This document shows, in pieces, positions 11,290 to 22,228 of a stretch of DNA of 64,000 nucleotides. Below the pieces are notes generated by a model. That model was given only the letters and a program-made list of their open reading frames with translations. It was not told the DNA's origin and ran no database searches. The stretch is from NCBI GenBank assembly GCA_021613535.1, contig CP075493.1:12896001-12960000 (forward strand). The letters are read 5' to 3'. A program made the position numbers and the translations under genes. How positions within the stretch are numbered: the stretch's first letter is position 1; each line of letters opens with the position of its first letter. This DNA is from Adineta vaga (Eukaryota; Animalia; Rotifera).

Positions 11290-12234
11290 TTATTTCTTAT
11301 CAAAATGAACAATATGTTGAATCTTTTCTTCAATAATTTTCATTTCTTGTTCTATCGAACTGTTTTGTACATATTGTTCACCAAAATCAATTAAACATTG
11401 TATGGCAACTAATTCTCTTGATAAAGAATAAAAACGTCGTCGTTTATCGTAATCATCATCTAATTTCACATACGTTGTATAGATCGATAGAAATTCCTTT
11501 CGATAATCATCAGTCTCATTTCCTTCGAAATGTCCTTTTTCAATTCTCATTAATTCATATTCATTATGCCCAATCACTGCATCTTCAGCATCTAAAATGC
11601 CTGTTACTGTATCGTTTAATATCAGAATATTTCCACAATGTAAATCTATATGTAATAATCTTGGTACAATTTCATAATCAATCAAATGAATATTTTCAAA
11701 CAAATATTTATAAATCTTCATTCCCAATTCTTCAAATATCGTTCCTTTGAATTTTTCAATTTGTTTTTCGATTATTGTACAGAACATTTCTTTCCAACAA
11801 TAAAATTCTTGATTCTTTAAATAACCACATTTCTCATACGTATATTTCGAATGTAATTGTCCAACAAATCTGCCTAATTCTCGATAAATTTTCAATCTTT
11901 GTTCATGTGTCATAGAATCCCACGAATGTGATAAAGGAAAACCGGATAACTTCGATGAGATATAATAATTTCGAATAGTTGAATCAAATTTCAAAATTTT
12001 TGGTACAAGAAAATTCTCTACATTATTTTCATGCAATAGTTGATAGAACATGACTTCTGTATTGTCATTAGCTTTGATAAATTTCAATACAAGTTCTAGA
12101 TGTAAATCATTAGTAAATGTAATAAAATAAACTGAATTGGAATAACCATCTTTAGGTCGTGAGATAGTCTTAATTTCTAATGATTGATCGTAATCCAAAA
12201 TGATTTGTTTGACAATATCAGTTTTTTCATTCAT
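11290..12234 (-). CDS. Aminoglycoside phosphotransferase/choline kinase (APH) family enzyme
   Basis: Brenner motif LLHIDLHCGNILI followed by GILDAEDA..GHNEYEL; intronless. Confidence 0.85.
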   Translation of the reverse strand: MNEKTDIVKQIILDYDQSLEIKTISRPKDGYSNSVYFITFTNDLHLELVLKFIKANDNTEVMFYQLLHENNVENFLVPKILKFDSTIRNYYISSKLSGFPLSHSWDSMTHEQRLKIYRELGRFVGQLHSKYTYEKCGYLKNQEFYCWKEMFCTIIEKQIEKFKGTIFEELGMKIYKYLFENIHLIDYEIVPRLLHIDLHCGNILILNDTVTGILDAEDAVIGHNEYELMRIEKGHFEGNETDDYRKEFLSIYTTYVKLDDDYDKRRRFYSLSRELVAIQCLIDFGEQYVQNSSIEQEMKIIEEKIQHIVHFDKK

Positions 12235-12380
12235 AATTCGATGAAATTTATTTCGTCATACATAATTATTGTTGATAGAAAGATTAGTGCGATTGGTACA
12301 TACATTTTTCTTATCATACACAGGCATTTTAAAGATGACGCCATGATAAAATACAATAAAAGTAGAAAAGGATTTTCCAA

Positions 12381-13417
12381 TTAAAAGTTTGGTAAAAACC
12401 AATCAACATAGGAAGCGTTTATACAGAAAAATACACTCAAAGTCACAACAAAGTAAATGACGAGAAAAACAAATCCTGTTCGTCGACATATCATTTGATA
12501 ATAAACATTCTCATTGTTCCATGGACATGGACAACCAAACATACCGATTCCGAATAGAAAACCTACTAAAGCACCACCAAAATGAGCAGAATGTCCGATA
12601 TTATAATTAAGAATAGTTGTTGTTAATGTTGTAATTGTCATAGGAAATGCAACGAATAAAATCAGTTGTAAAAGTATGAAATAACGACGATCACTATTTG
12701 TTCTCATTGCATTAAGACGTTCGACGACGAAAAAAACGATGAGACCGTATACAGCTCCTGAAGCTCCAACACCACCTACGAAAAAAAAAGAAAAGTTGAT
12801 TTTCTATTGAAAATATTCTATTCACCATCTCGAGTTTTGATTAAAGCAAATAAAGAAGCACCGATGTTCGAAATCCAATAGGCAACAAATATTCTCATTG
12901 AACCATATTTTCGTTCGAGTAGAATACCAAGTAGAACTTGTCTTGAAACATTGAATAGTAAATGTAACCAATTGAAATGAACAAAATTAACAGTTACCAT
13001 TCGCCATAATTGATGTGGATATAGAAACGTGGAACATAGATTTTTCAATGCATCATCATAATAACATGTTGTATTACGTGCCCATGAGTCGCATTTGACA
13101 GTGCGCATTAGAATATGACTGGGTGTTGGACGCATACATGGAAGAAAAAGCATCCAAAGATTAATTAATAGAGATGAAATAACTCGATGCTTTCTACCAA
13201 TGCCGACAAGTATCGTCAGATGAATTAAAATATGTAAGGTAGACATAATAATGATGAATACTGGACGATAATGCTTTTCATTTGGAACAGTAGCCAGAGT
13301 GAATATTTGTCGAAATCGTGAATAGAAAGTTTTTTTCTCGATAAAAATGGGTTCGATTACACGTGCTGTCAATTGTTCTTCCATTTCCAAGTTAATACTA
13401 TCGTTAGAATTCATCAT
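12381..13417 (-). CDS. Rhomboid intramembrane serine protease, copy 1
   Basis: QLWR, HxxxxHLLFN, LERKYG, GASG (after the 12776-12825 intron), HSAHFGG. Confidence 0.9.
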
Positions 13418-13734
13418 TCGAATGAGAATACTTTGTAATTTTTTCTATCTAGGCAGTAAAAATGTAACGTCAGATATAGGATATATTCTTTTATGAGAGA
13501 TATTTACAGAAGTAGAAGATATATATGTACTTTTTCTCTTGTCAAAAACTTATAACGGAAAGAGAAAGAATTAATGAAACGTAATATTTATTTCTTCTTC
13601 TAATTGTTAATCAAAAAAACGTCTATTCCTGTTTCTTACATCTCATTGACAAAATAAGCAGTAACAATTATTTAACATGATTTTACACATGCTAACCAAA
13701 ATTGTTAATCTCTCAAGCTTGTATGAATTTCATC

Positions 13735-13930
13735 ACAGATTGAAGATTCGTTGAAGCTGATTTTTCCATTTCCAAGAAAATAGTATTATGTTGCGATACA
13801 AAACTGAGTGAGAATAATTTGTAATCTTCTCTTTTCTGACGATTTCAAAAGAGTAAATATAATATAATATTTCATATTTGTTTCTTTGCAAGAGATGAGA
13901 AAAAGAAATTCACAGGATGTTCTATTTTTT
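13735..13930 (-). pseudogene. Truncated 5' relic of a fourth rhomboid copy
   Basis: Minus strand reads SQHNTIFLEMEKS (paralogs: DSINLEMEE, DTIHLEMQE); adjacent gagaata..tgtaat..gatttcaaaa matches upstream DNA of copies 1 and 2. Confidence 0.55.
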
Positions 13931-14239
13931 ATTCTATTCTTTAACGAGTACCTACCGTGATCCGAAAATCTCTTCTCATCTTGCTTCTTTCATCTTATTT
14001 GACAAACAGGTCATGAAAATAATTCTTCTTTTCTTTTCTCCACTTTATTTTATACTAACATCTAATTCTGTAAATGTCAATCAAAGTATAATAAGTACTT
14101 TGGGAAACATGTGAATAAAATAGAAATTCTTATGATCAGATTATAAATACATCATTTATTTTAGTGATGACAAATCAAATTAAACACTCTGTGTTCAATT
14201 TATTCTCATTCACACTTTCGAAAATATAATATTGTTCAA

Positions 14240-15289
14240 CTAGAATTCGAACGAGATCCACGGATCTAATGGAGCTTCTATATGAAAAAAAATTATAAAA
14301 CTTATAATAAAATATAAAAAGAGAATGGCAAATGCTGTTCTTCGACATATCATTTGATAATAACCATGTTCACTAGTACATAGACATGGACAACCAAACA
14401 TGCCAATACCAAATAGAAAACCGACTGAACCACCACCAATATGAGCTGAATGTGCTGCATTGATTTTCAAAATAAAAAGTATAGAAACACCGATGGTCAT
14501 AGGAATTCCAACCAACAAAAGTAATTGTACAACTATATAAATACGGTGACCAGAATTCGCTTTCATTGTAGAAAGACGTTCCATGAGAAAAAATATCAAT
14601 ACACCATAAAGTGCACCAGAAGATCCGATACCAGCTACAAAAGAAAAGATTCGTAATTATAATACAATCAAAAGATATTCGAATAGATTTAACTTACGTA
14701 TACGACTATCAATCAACATGGAACTTAAACTCGCACCTAATTCCGACAACCAGTACACAATAATGATTCGAATTGAGCCATATTTACGTTCGAGTAGAAT
14801 ACCACACAAGATTTGTCTAGATAGATTTGATGATAAATGTAACCAACTAATATGAACAAGATTCACGGTTATCATTCGCCATAATTGATGTGGATAGAGA
14901 AAAGAGAAGCAGAATTTTTTCAATTGATCATCGTAATAGCATACGGTATTTTGTATTGCTGACCTACAGCTAACGATACGCATACGAAGATCGTATGCTG
15001 TTGGTCGCATACAAGGTATGTTGAAAAAGAGAAGATCAGTTAAGGAATCGGAAAAAAGTTGACCTCTCCATAAAACGTTGATATATTTTGTCAAATGAAT
15101 GGAAATATGTAAAATAGACATAATGATAATAAAGATTGGGAAATGATGTTTTTCATTTGATGTAACATCAAGAGTAAAGATATGTCGACACCATAAACGA
15201 ATGGAGTTTTTTTTCTTGAGAACTGGTTCTTCGACTTGTATCACCAATGATTCTTCGGTTTCCAAACGCATATCATCATCATTCTTCAT
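14240..15289 (-). CDS. Rhomboid protease, copy 2
   Basis: Same architecture and intron position as copy 1; GSSG and HSAHIGG catalytic motifs. Confidence 0.9.
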
Positions 15290-15589
15290 ATTATTCAAGC
15301 GAGAATACTCAATTATTTTATGATGATTTCAAAATGATTACATAAGAATAATCCACATTCTCTTTTTCCTCCCGAGAGACCTTTCGGAAAATAGATGATG
15401 TGTAGTCTTCATATATTTTTTTTTCCTCACGAGATAATGAGAGGAAAAGAACGAACTCAATGCAATCTTTTCTTCTTTTGATTTCTCGCAACATAGCTAT
15501 TTTTATCAGTGAGAAAAATTTGTTTCCTGTTTCTTTCATATCTCTCAAGAGAATACAATTACTCAACTTTCTACTTATACAATCATCAA

Positions 15590-16180
15590 TGGATAGATGT
15601 CATCCGAAATCATCACAGATATCTTTGCAAAACTTTGTCAAAATAATACAATCACAAACAAATCCAAGACTTATTTTATTTGATATATTACAATTGATTG
15701 AAATCTCTTCAGTTTTATGTATTCTTTTCTCTTTCATTGAAAATCATGCTATATTCCTTCTTATATACAATAACTATTCATTTCTCAATGTGTTGGTTAT
15801 AATATATAATATCCTCAAACATGAACATTTTATCGTTGGTGATATCGGATCGTTTTGGACACGTCTTGTTACAAGTTTTTATTTAACAACTACAGCTATG
15901 GTCTTCAACGACATATTTTTATTTTCCATAATCATTGGTCAAATATTAATCGAACACGAGTTAAATTTCATTATATTCCGCATCACTATGCTATTCAATT
16001 GTAATATATTTCTATCCTTGTGAAATTTTGCACTTATGATTATGTTGAATATTGTCTATATTCATGTTATTGTGATAATCTTATTCTATATCAACTATAT
16101 ATGATGATTTACTTCATGTTTATTTCCATTACCAGAATTATATCAGTAATTGGACGTCATAATGAGATAAGATTATAACA
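15590..16180 (+). pseudogene. Decayed multi-pass membrane protein fragment (possibly ion-channel-like)
   Basis: Several hydrophobic segments; FWTRLVTSFYLTTTAM is loosely reminiscent of a channel pore helix; no intact gene model. Confidence 0.2.
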
Positions 16181-16494
16181 GTCCTCTATATACTGCATGA
16201 ATATATGAATAAATTCACATCTGTCCTATCTTCATAACATATATGCAAGACCATATTACGTCGCAAAACGATTCAAATGTACTTTAACAGTTTGATAGTA
16301 TCACACAAAATGAATAAATGTGATATATTCACTTGAAAAGTACAAGATTATCGGATTTATTGAAATTGAAAGGTCAATATGACTATTAAACCTTTTAAAT
16401 GAATCATGAGTGATCAAAATGCTTATTATGAATAACTGAATAGTAGAGGTATATAAAGAACTACAATGCTCAATTGAAAAAAACCCCGAAAGAA

Positions 16495-17762
16495 ATGAGT
16501 TTAAATCATCAACAATCGATATCCATCGTTTCTCGAATGTATCGTTATCTTAAAGAAAATCTTGTGCAGATCAATTCTAAACAAATGAGATTTATTATAG
16601 AACCAATCATAAACGGTTTGATTCTTTTCCCTGTTATTGTCCTTTTCTGGGAATGCGGATGGAATGTCGGATTAGTTCTCTTGAATTTAATCAATAACTA
16701 TTCAGTGAACAATGGTTTTCAATCGTTTTCAGAAACAGAAGCACGAAAAAATCAAATGTTACCACAAAAATCATCAAAATTTGACAATCAATCTTTCTTC
16801 CATCACAAAAAATGGAAAGGATTATCACGTCCTCATCCTTCATCAGTTGAAAATTGCGAAACAGATTATTCGTTTCAATCATTAATCATATCTTATGTTA
16901 CCATTCAAATCATTCTCCTCTGTTTTTATCTTAATCAAGATTTTATCTACAATTATCTTAAGAAACAAAAATTCATTCTTTCTACTATTCTATTAAAATG
17001 TCATATATTTCTTCTAGCATCAATTTATATTCTTCAATGGGAAATGATTTGGATTATCTGGGATCAATATACTTATCTTGAATGGTATTTCGAATTATTT
17101 CTTTCATTTACATTTGTTTTGATATTAATTCTTCTTACGGGACATTTATCCGATCTAATTTGTGTCCCATTTCTCACTACTTATGATTCTATTGAATCTT
17201 GTATACAATTTGATTGTCCTCTTCAAACACAGCGAGTAAGTTTAGATATCCATCATTCCGTTTATCCGATATTCTTTGTTCAAAGATAAAACGATGGAAA
17301 AGTATTTTGATAAATTTTATTCTCTATGAGATTATTATTTCGAATATAATTATCATAATCTGGCGTGGTTTTTATCATTTACTTGATCGATCTCTTTATT
17401 CAGAGAATTGGAGTTGTCTAGTCATTGGTTATATTCTCTATTTTCTTATTATGTATGTTCAAAATTATTTGACATCAATCAATATTAAATATGAATTGTG
17501 GATATTTTTTACAACAAATTTTCCTCAATTTCATCGATATATTTATCAACTTCTCATTTTCTTTACATGCGTTTTTCTTTGGCGTGGCTTTTGGATTATA
17601 TTTGATACGTATATCAATATTTTCAAATTGTTTTATCAAACTTATCTTCTTTTATATATTTTATCATTTGTATTGCTGGCTTTAGTTCAAACAGCATCAT
17701 CAACAAATGGTCCATTAAGTAATACGGAAGACGAAAATCTTCGAAATAAAATCTGTGTATAG
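16495..17762 (+). CDS. Fuseless-like multi-pass membrane protein (2 exons)
   Basis: Repeated W(R/E)GxWxxxD helices (FWECGWN, QWEMIWIIWD, IWRGFYHLLD, LWRGFWIIFD); intron gtaag at ~17236 to caaag at ~17285 joins the two ORFs. Confidence 0.6.
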
Positions 17763-18019
17763 ATAGGATTTACTCATAAGCAATAATCTTCATACTCAAT
17801 TTTCTTATCGAAAGTTAGATTAAACTTTATCATATTCTTTGTATAGTAATTCTTTCCGTTATTTAATTATATTCATTGATAATAATTATAAATGACTGAA
17901 ATATCTTTTCCTTTCGTGATTATCATAATTAATTATCACGTTGAATTGAATTAATTCTTTGTAAAACATTTTTTATCGGATGTTACATTTACTTATATTA
18001 TATAGTTGTATTAAATGAA

Positions 18020-18705
18020 ACAAATAACGGCAAAGTCTGTAAGTAAAGAGCTAGAATTGAGAAACTATATATAACAAGAAAACGACTTCGTGTTTTTTTC
18101 ATTCTTAATACGAATATCATTCCCATTGTTTTATACTTATTTTTGGAATGCGGTGATGTCCTCATCAATTGTTACAACTACTTAGATCAATTCAATCCTT
18201 TATGTACACAATTACTATATGTGTTTTGGAACTCTTGATCGTCAACGTGAAAATACTTGTTCAATTTATTTAATATATTACGGTTTCATATACATATTTC
18301 CCGTTGATTGTCGAGATGGAACATCAATTGTCTTGACTATATTTGGTTATTTGACATATCGAAATTTAAAACGAAGTCGTATTCGTGTTCAAACAATTGT
18401 TGGTCATAGAAATTTTACTATTCAACGACGAGATCGAACTCTATTAAAACTTGTTATTTCCGAAACAACTGTTTATGTTATTACAGCAGGTCCGTGTCCA
18501 TTAATGTTTTTAGAAAGGATCATTAGTCAATATACTATATCAAGTAAGAGTATTCAGTATATACAATTACTATTGTTGAATTTTTATTATTTATCAATAG
18601 TGCTGCACCTTTGTATACGTATATGATTGCATTGAAAACATTTCGTCACGATTTTTTACAAATAATGATTAATTATTATCAAAAACTAAGAAAATTTCTT
18701 GCTTA
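18020..18705 (+). pseudogene. Rhodopsin-like GPCR relic (TM5-TM7)
   Basis: LTIFGYLTYRNL...RRDRTLLKLVISE pattern of expanded orphan GPCRs; TM7 and the FR motif lie in another frame. Confidence 0.65.
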
Positions 18706-18826
18706 AATTCGATTAAAAAACTGAAAAAAAACAAAACAAAAATTCACCACCTCTATATCATATGCTGCTCGAAACTTGACATTTTGTATTCATGCTGGTC
18801 GCTTCTGATGATATATATTCTATGAA

Positions 18827-19929
18827 TTAGTGTATTCTGTAGAAAATCCAATCTACATAAGGAGCATTTATAAGGAGAAAAATACTTAACGTGAAAATAA
18901 AATACAAGACGAGCAGAACATATGCAGTTCGTCGACATATCGTCTGATAACAACCATACTCATTATTCCATGGACATGGACAACCAAACATACCGATACC
19001 AAACAAAAAACCAACTAAACCACCACCAAAATGAGCTGAATGTGCTGTATTGACTCGAAGAATAGCCACTGTAGAAAGGCTAATAGTCATAGGTATTACA
19101 ATTAACAAAATTAATTGTATAAGTATGTAAATACGTTGATCAGGATTCATTCTCATTGTAGAAAGACGTTCCACAATGAAGAATAACAGTAAACCGTATA
19201 CAGCACCAGAAGCACCAATACCCGCTATAAAAATACAAACACTTCTAACTTTGATTAAGTATAGTCTTTGAAACTATAGTTGTCTTCAAGATTTACTCTC
19301 TTTATTTATACATATTTTTGAACATGTAAAACATTCTACTTACGTCTTTGTGTATTTATCAACATAAAACATAGACTTGCACCCACATTTGAAATCCAAT
19401 AGATAAGAAATATTCTCATTGAACCATATTTTCGTTCGAGTAGTATACCAAGTAAAAGTTGTCTTGAAATATTAAATAGTAAATGTAACCAGCTGAGATG
19501 AACAAAATTAACAGTTATCAATCGCCATAATTGATGTGGATATAAGAATGAGAAGCATTTATTTCTAAGTGCCTCATCATAATAACACGTCCAATTATGT
19601 ATCGATGATCCACAAGTGATATTAACCATACGATCGTTGTTAGATGTTGGTCGCATACATGGAAGAAAGAACATCCAAAGATCGCGTAATGAATATGCAA
19701 AAGGTTGTTCTTTCCAGAAAACATCGAGATATGTTGTTAAAAAGATGATTATATGTAAAATAGATACAACGATAATAAATATTGGAAGATAATGATTTTC
19801 ATTTAATGCTGTATCAAGTGTCAAAATTCGTCGTAGCCATAAACGAACGGTATGTTTTTTCGTCGAAATGATTTGTGTTGTTAAGAATGGTTCTTGCATT
19901 TCCAAATGAATCGTGTCTTCAAGCTTCAT
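18827..19929 (-). CDS. Rhomboid protease, copy 3
   Basis: QLWR, GASG and HSAHFGG motifs; same intron position with a longer intron (~19225-19343). Confidence 0.9.
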
Positions 19930-20335
19930 GTTTCAAATAAGAAGAAAAATCAGCAATCTATTCTTTTTTCTTATGACTTCCGAATGTAAAATTAATCTAA
20001 TGTTTTCTATATGTTCTCTCCCGAGATGTTTCTTGAAGGAAACGATATACATCCTGTGCTTTCTTCTTTTCTCCAACGAACGGTTCGAACAGAAGAAAAA
20101 AGTTGACACAAGCGTGTTTCTTTTTCTTTATGATCGATAGTAGGATAGAAATGCATTAGTCAGAAAGCGTCTTTTTCTATTTCTTTGATGTCTTTGGAAG
20201 AAAAGAATATAAGTATGACTCACTATTTTCTTACATGAGCTGTTCATAGATGTCATCAGATATACAATTTTCTTTTCTTTATCTTTTATTACATGTCATA
20301 CTGTATTATGTCTTATACAGTTTTCGAGTGGAATG

Positions 20336-20725
20336 TTAGTCTTGACCATTTGATTTACTCATAGATTCACGTGGAATGATATGTATAGTACTTTGTCGCT
20401 GCAAACCACTATGTCGAGTTAAACCATCTCTATTTGCTCCAGCATATACCACACGAAATCCATCGACTGGAATCCCTGTACATTCATGAATACGTTGTTT
20501 ATACCATGACCAGTTTTCCCATTTACCATAAGGTATTTCGAATACTTCGCCAGTGAGTGTTTTTACAAATAGTACACATACATGTTGATCACATATACGA
20601 TTGTTAGCCGTGCATGAAGTATTAAAAGTACATGGAAATGTAGGAACTGGAGGTAATGGAGGTGATGATGTATATGATCCGTAACTATCGTGAAGAATAT
20701 CGTTGTCCGAACTCAAATTTGACAT
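20336..20725 (-). CDS. Small protein with a C-terminal ubiquitin-like domain
   Basis: LFVKTLTG...KQRIHECTGIPVDGFRVVYAG...LQRQSTIHII; lacks the terminal GG. Confidence 0.75.
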   Translation of the reverse strand: MSNLSSDNDILHDSYGSYTSSPPLPPVPTFPCTFNTSCTANNRICDQHVCVLFVKTLTGEVFEIPYGKWENWSWYKQRIHECTGIPVDGFRVVYAGANRDGLTRHSGLQRQSTIHIIPRESMSKSNGQD

Positions 20726-21240
20726 CTTTATGTGATACTATATCGCAGATGAAGGTAACGTAAAATGTAGAAAAGAAATGAGAGAGAGAGAGCATAGACA
20801 CGTGGTGTTGTATTTATGTACACTATAACGACAAAAAGAAAAATAGAATGAATTTTAATGATGCAAGCACGATGAAAGATTGAATAGAGATCTATAAACT
20901 TTGTCAAAGACGTCACCTTGAAAATAAATTTTTTTGTGAAGATATGTACCCGAACTTTGTCCTCATCGTATCTTTTTCAAGATCAAATATTATTCTATTT
21001 TTCTACGGTCATATTCATGTACATGTCATACGATTTAACTGTACTTTAATCATCATTTGAGAACCGTTGGTAACTATCACATGCTTTATCATAAGAATCA
21101 AAATATTGATTTTTTCTTCTAATCCCATACAATCTGCATTTGGTTTTTTTTCCCATCAGACATTTAATTACTTGTCAATAGAAAGAATGAAAAAAAAGTA
21201 TGAAATGCAGTAAAAATTCGTCTCATTTCAATCAATTATC

Positions 21241-22170
21241 ATGTTTCAACATACATCTCTTCTCGTTTTCACCATCTGTTTACCGCTGTTGCTTTTCGCA
21301 AATAGTGATCGTTGTCAATCCATTCGCTTCAAAAATGTGGTCATTTTTGGCGATTCATATACTGACACAGATCGTGTATACAAGTTATCTCGTCGAACAT
21401 GGCCTGCATCACCTCCATATTATCACGGTCGATTTTCTAACGGTCCTAATTGGGTTGATCAATTAAAAGTATCCCATGTGAAAAATTATGCTTATGGCGG
21501 TGCAACAACAGATAATAATTTAGTTCAAGGTTATGCAAAATTCGGCACGATCAAAGTTCCAGGTCTTCGACAACAAGTTGAAATCTTTTCCAATGAACGT
21601 GGCTCGAGTAAACTCGATCCAGCACGTACTTTATACATTCTCTGGATTACTGGTAATGATTTCTTCTTCAATTCATCACTAGCAGCCGCTCCAGAGAAAG
21701 TTATCAACAGTCTACTCAATTCAGTTAAAGATTTGATTAGTTTTGGTGCGAAAAATATTCTACTCTTTAACTTATTTCCAGGTCAATATATTCCTGCAGC
21801 TATAGCAATGTATCCCGCACAACTATTAAGTCAAGTTACAGCTTTCTTCAATGCAAAATTAAATGTTTTAGTTAAAGAAATTCAAAACTTAAATCCACAA
21901 ATAAATCTTGATATGTTTAATATCAATTCACTTTTGACAAAGATTTTTACTACAAATTCTGATTACTTTACAAATGCAAGTGGTAGCTGTTGGAATGTTA
22001 CTTCTCCTACCAGCATACAAAAGAATTGTCAAGATCCTAACAAATATGCTTTTCTTGATGATAGACACTTTTCTAGTAATGTTCATGGATTAATTGCTGA
22101 ACCTATTCATCAATATCTTCTACCTTCTTATCAACTAAATACTGCTACTTGCTACGTTTTTAAACCTTAA
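21241..22170 (+). CDS. Secreted GDSL/SGNH lipase-acyltransferase
   Basis: Signal peptide; FGDS, GRFSNG, NYAYGGA, GND and DDRH blocks; intronless. Confidence 0.9.
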   Translation: MFQHTSLLVFTICLPLLLFANSDRCQSIRFKNVVIFGDSYTDTDRVYKLSRRTWPASPPYYHGRFSNGPNWVDQLKVSHVKNYAYGGATTDNNLVQGYAKFGTIKVPGLRQQVEIFSNERGSSKLDPARTLYILWITGNDFFFNSSLAAAPEKVINSLLNSVKDLISFGAKNILLFNLFPGQYIPAAIAMYPAQLLSQVTAFFNAKLNVLVKEIQNLNPQINLDMFNINSLLTKIFTTNSDYFTNASGSCWNVTSPTSIQKNCQDPNKYAFLDDRHFSSNVHGLIAEPIHQYLLPSYQLNTATCYVFKP

Positions 22171-22228
22171 TGCATTATATTTATTCTTAATAAAAGTTGA
22201 TTATTAATATCATTCGAATGACATATAG

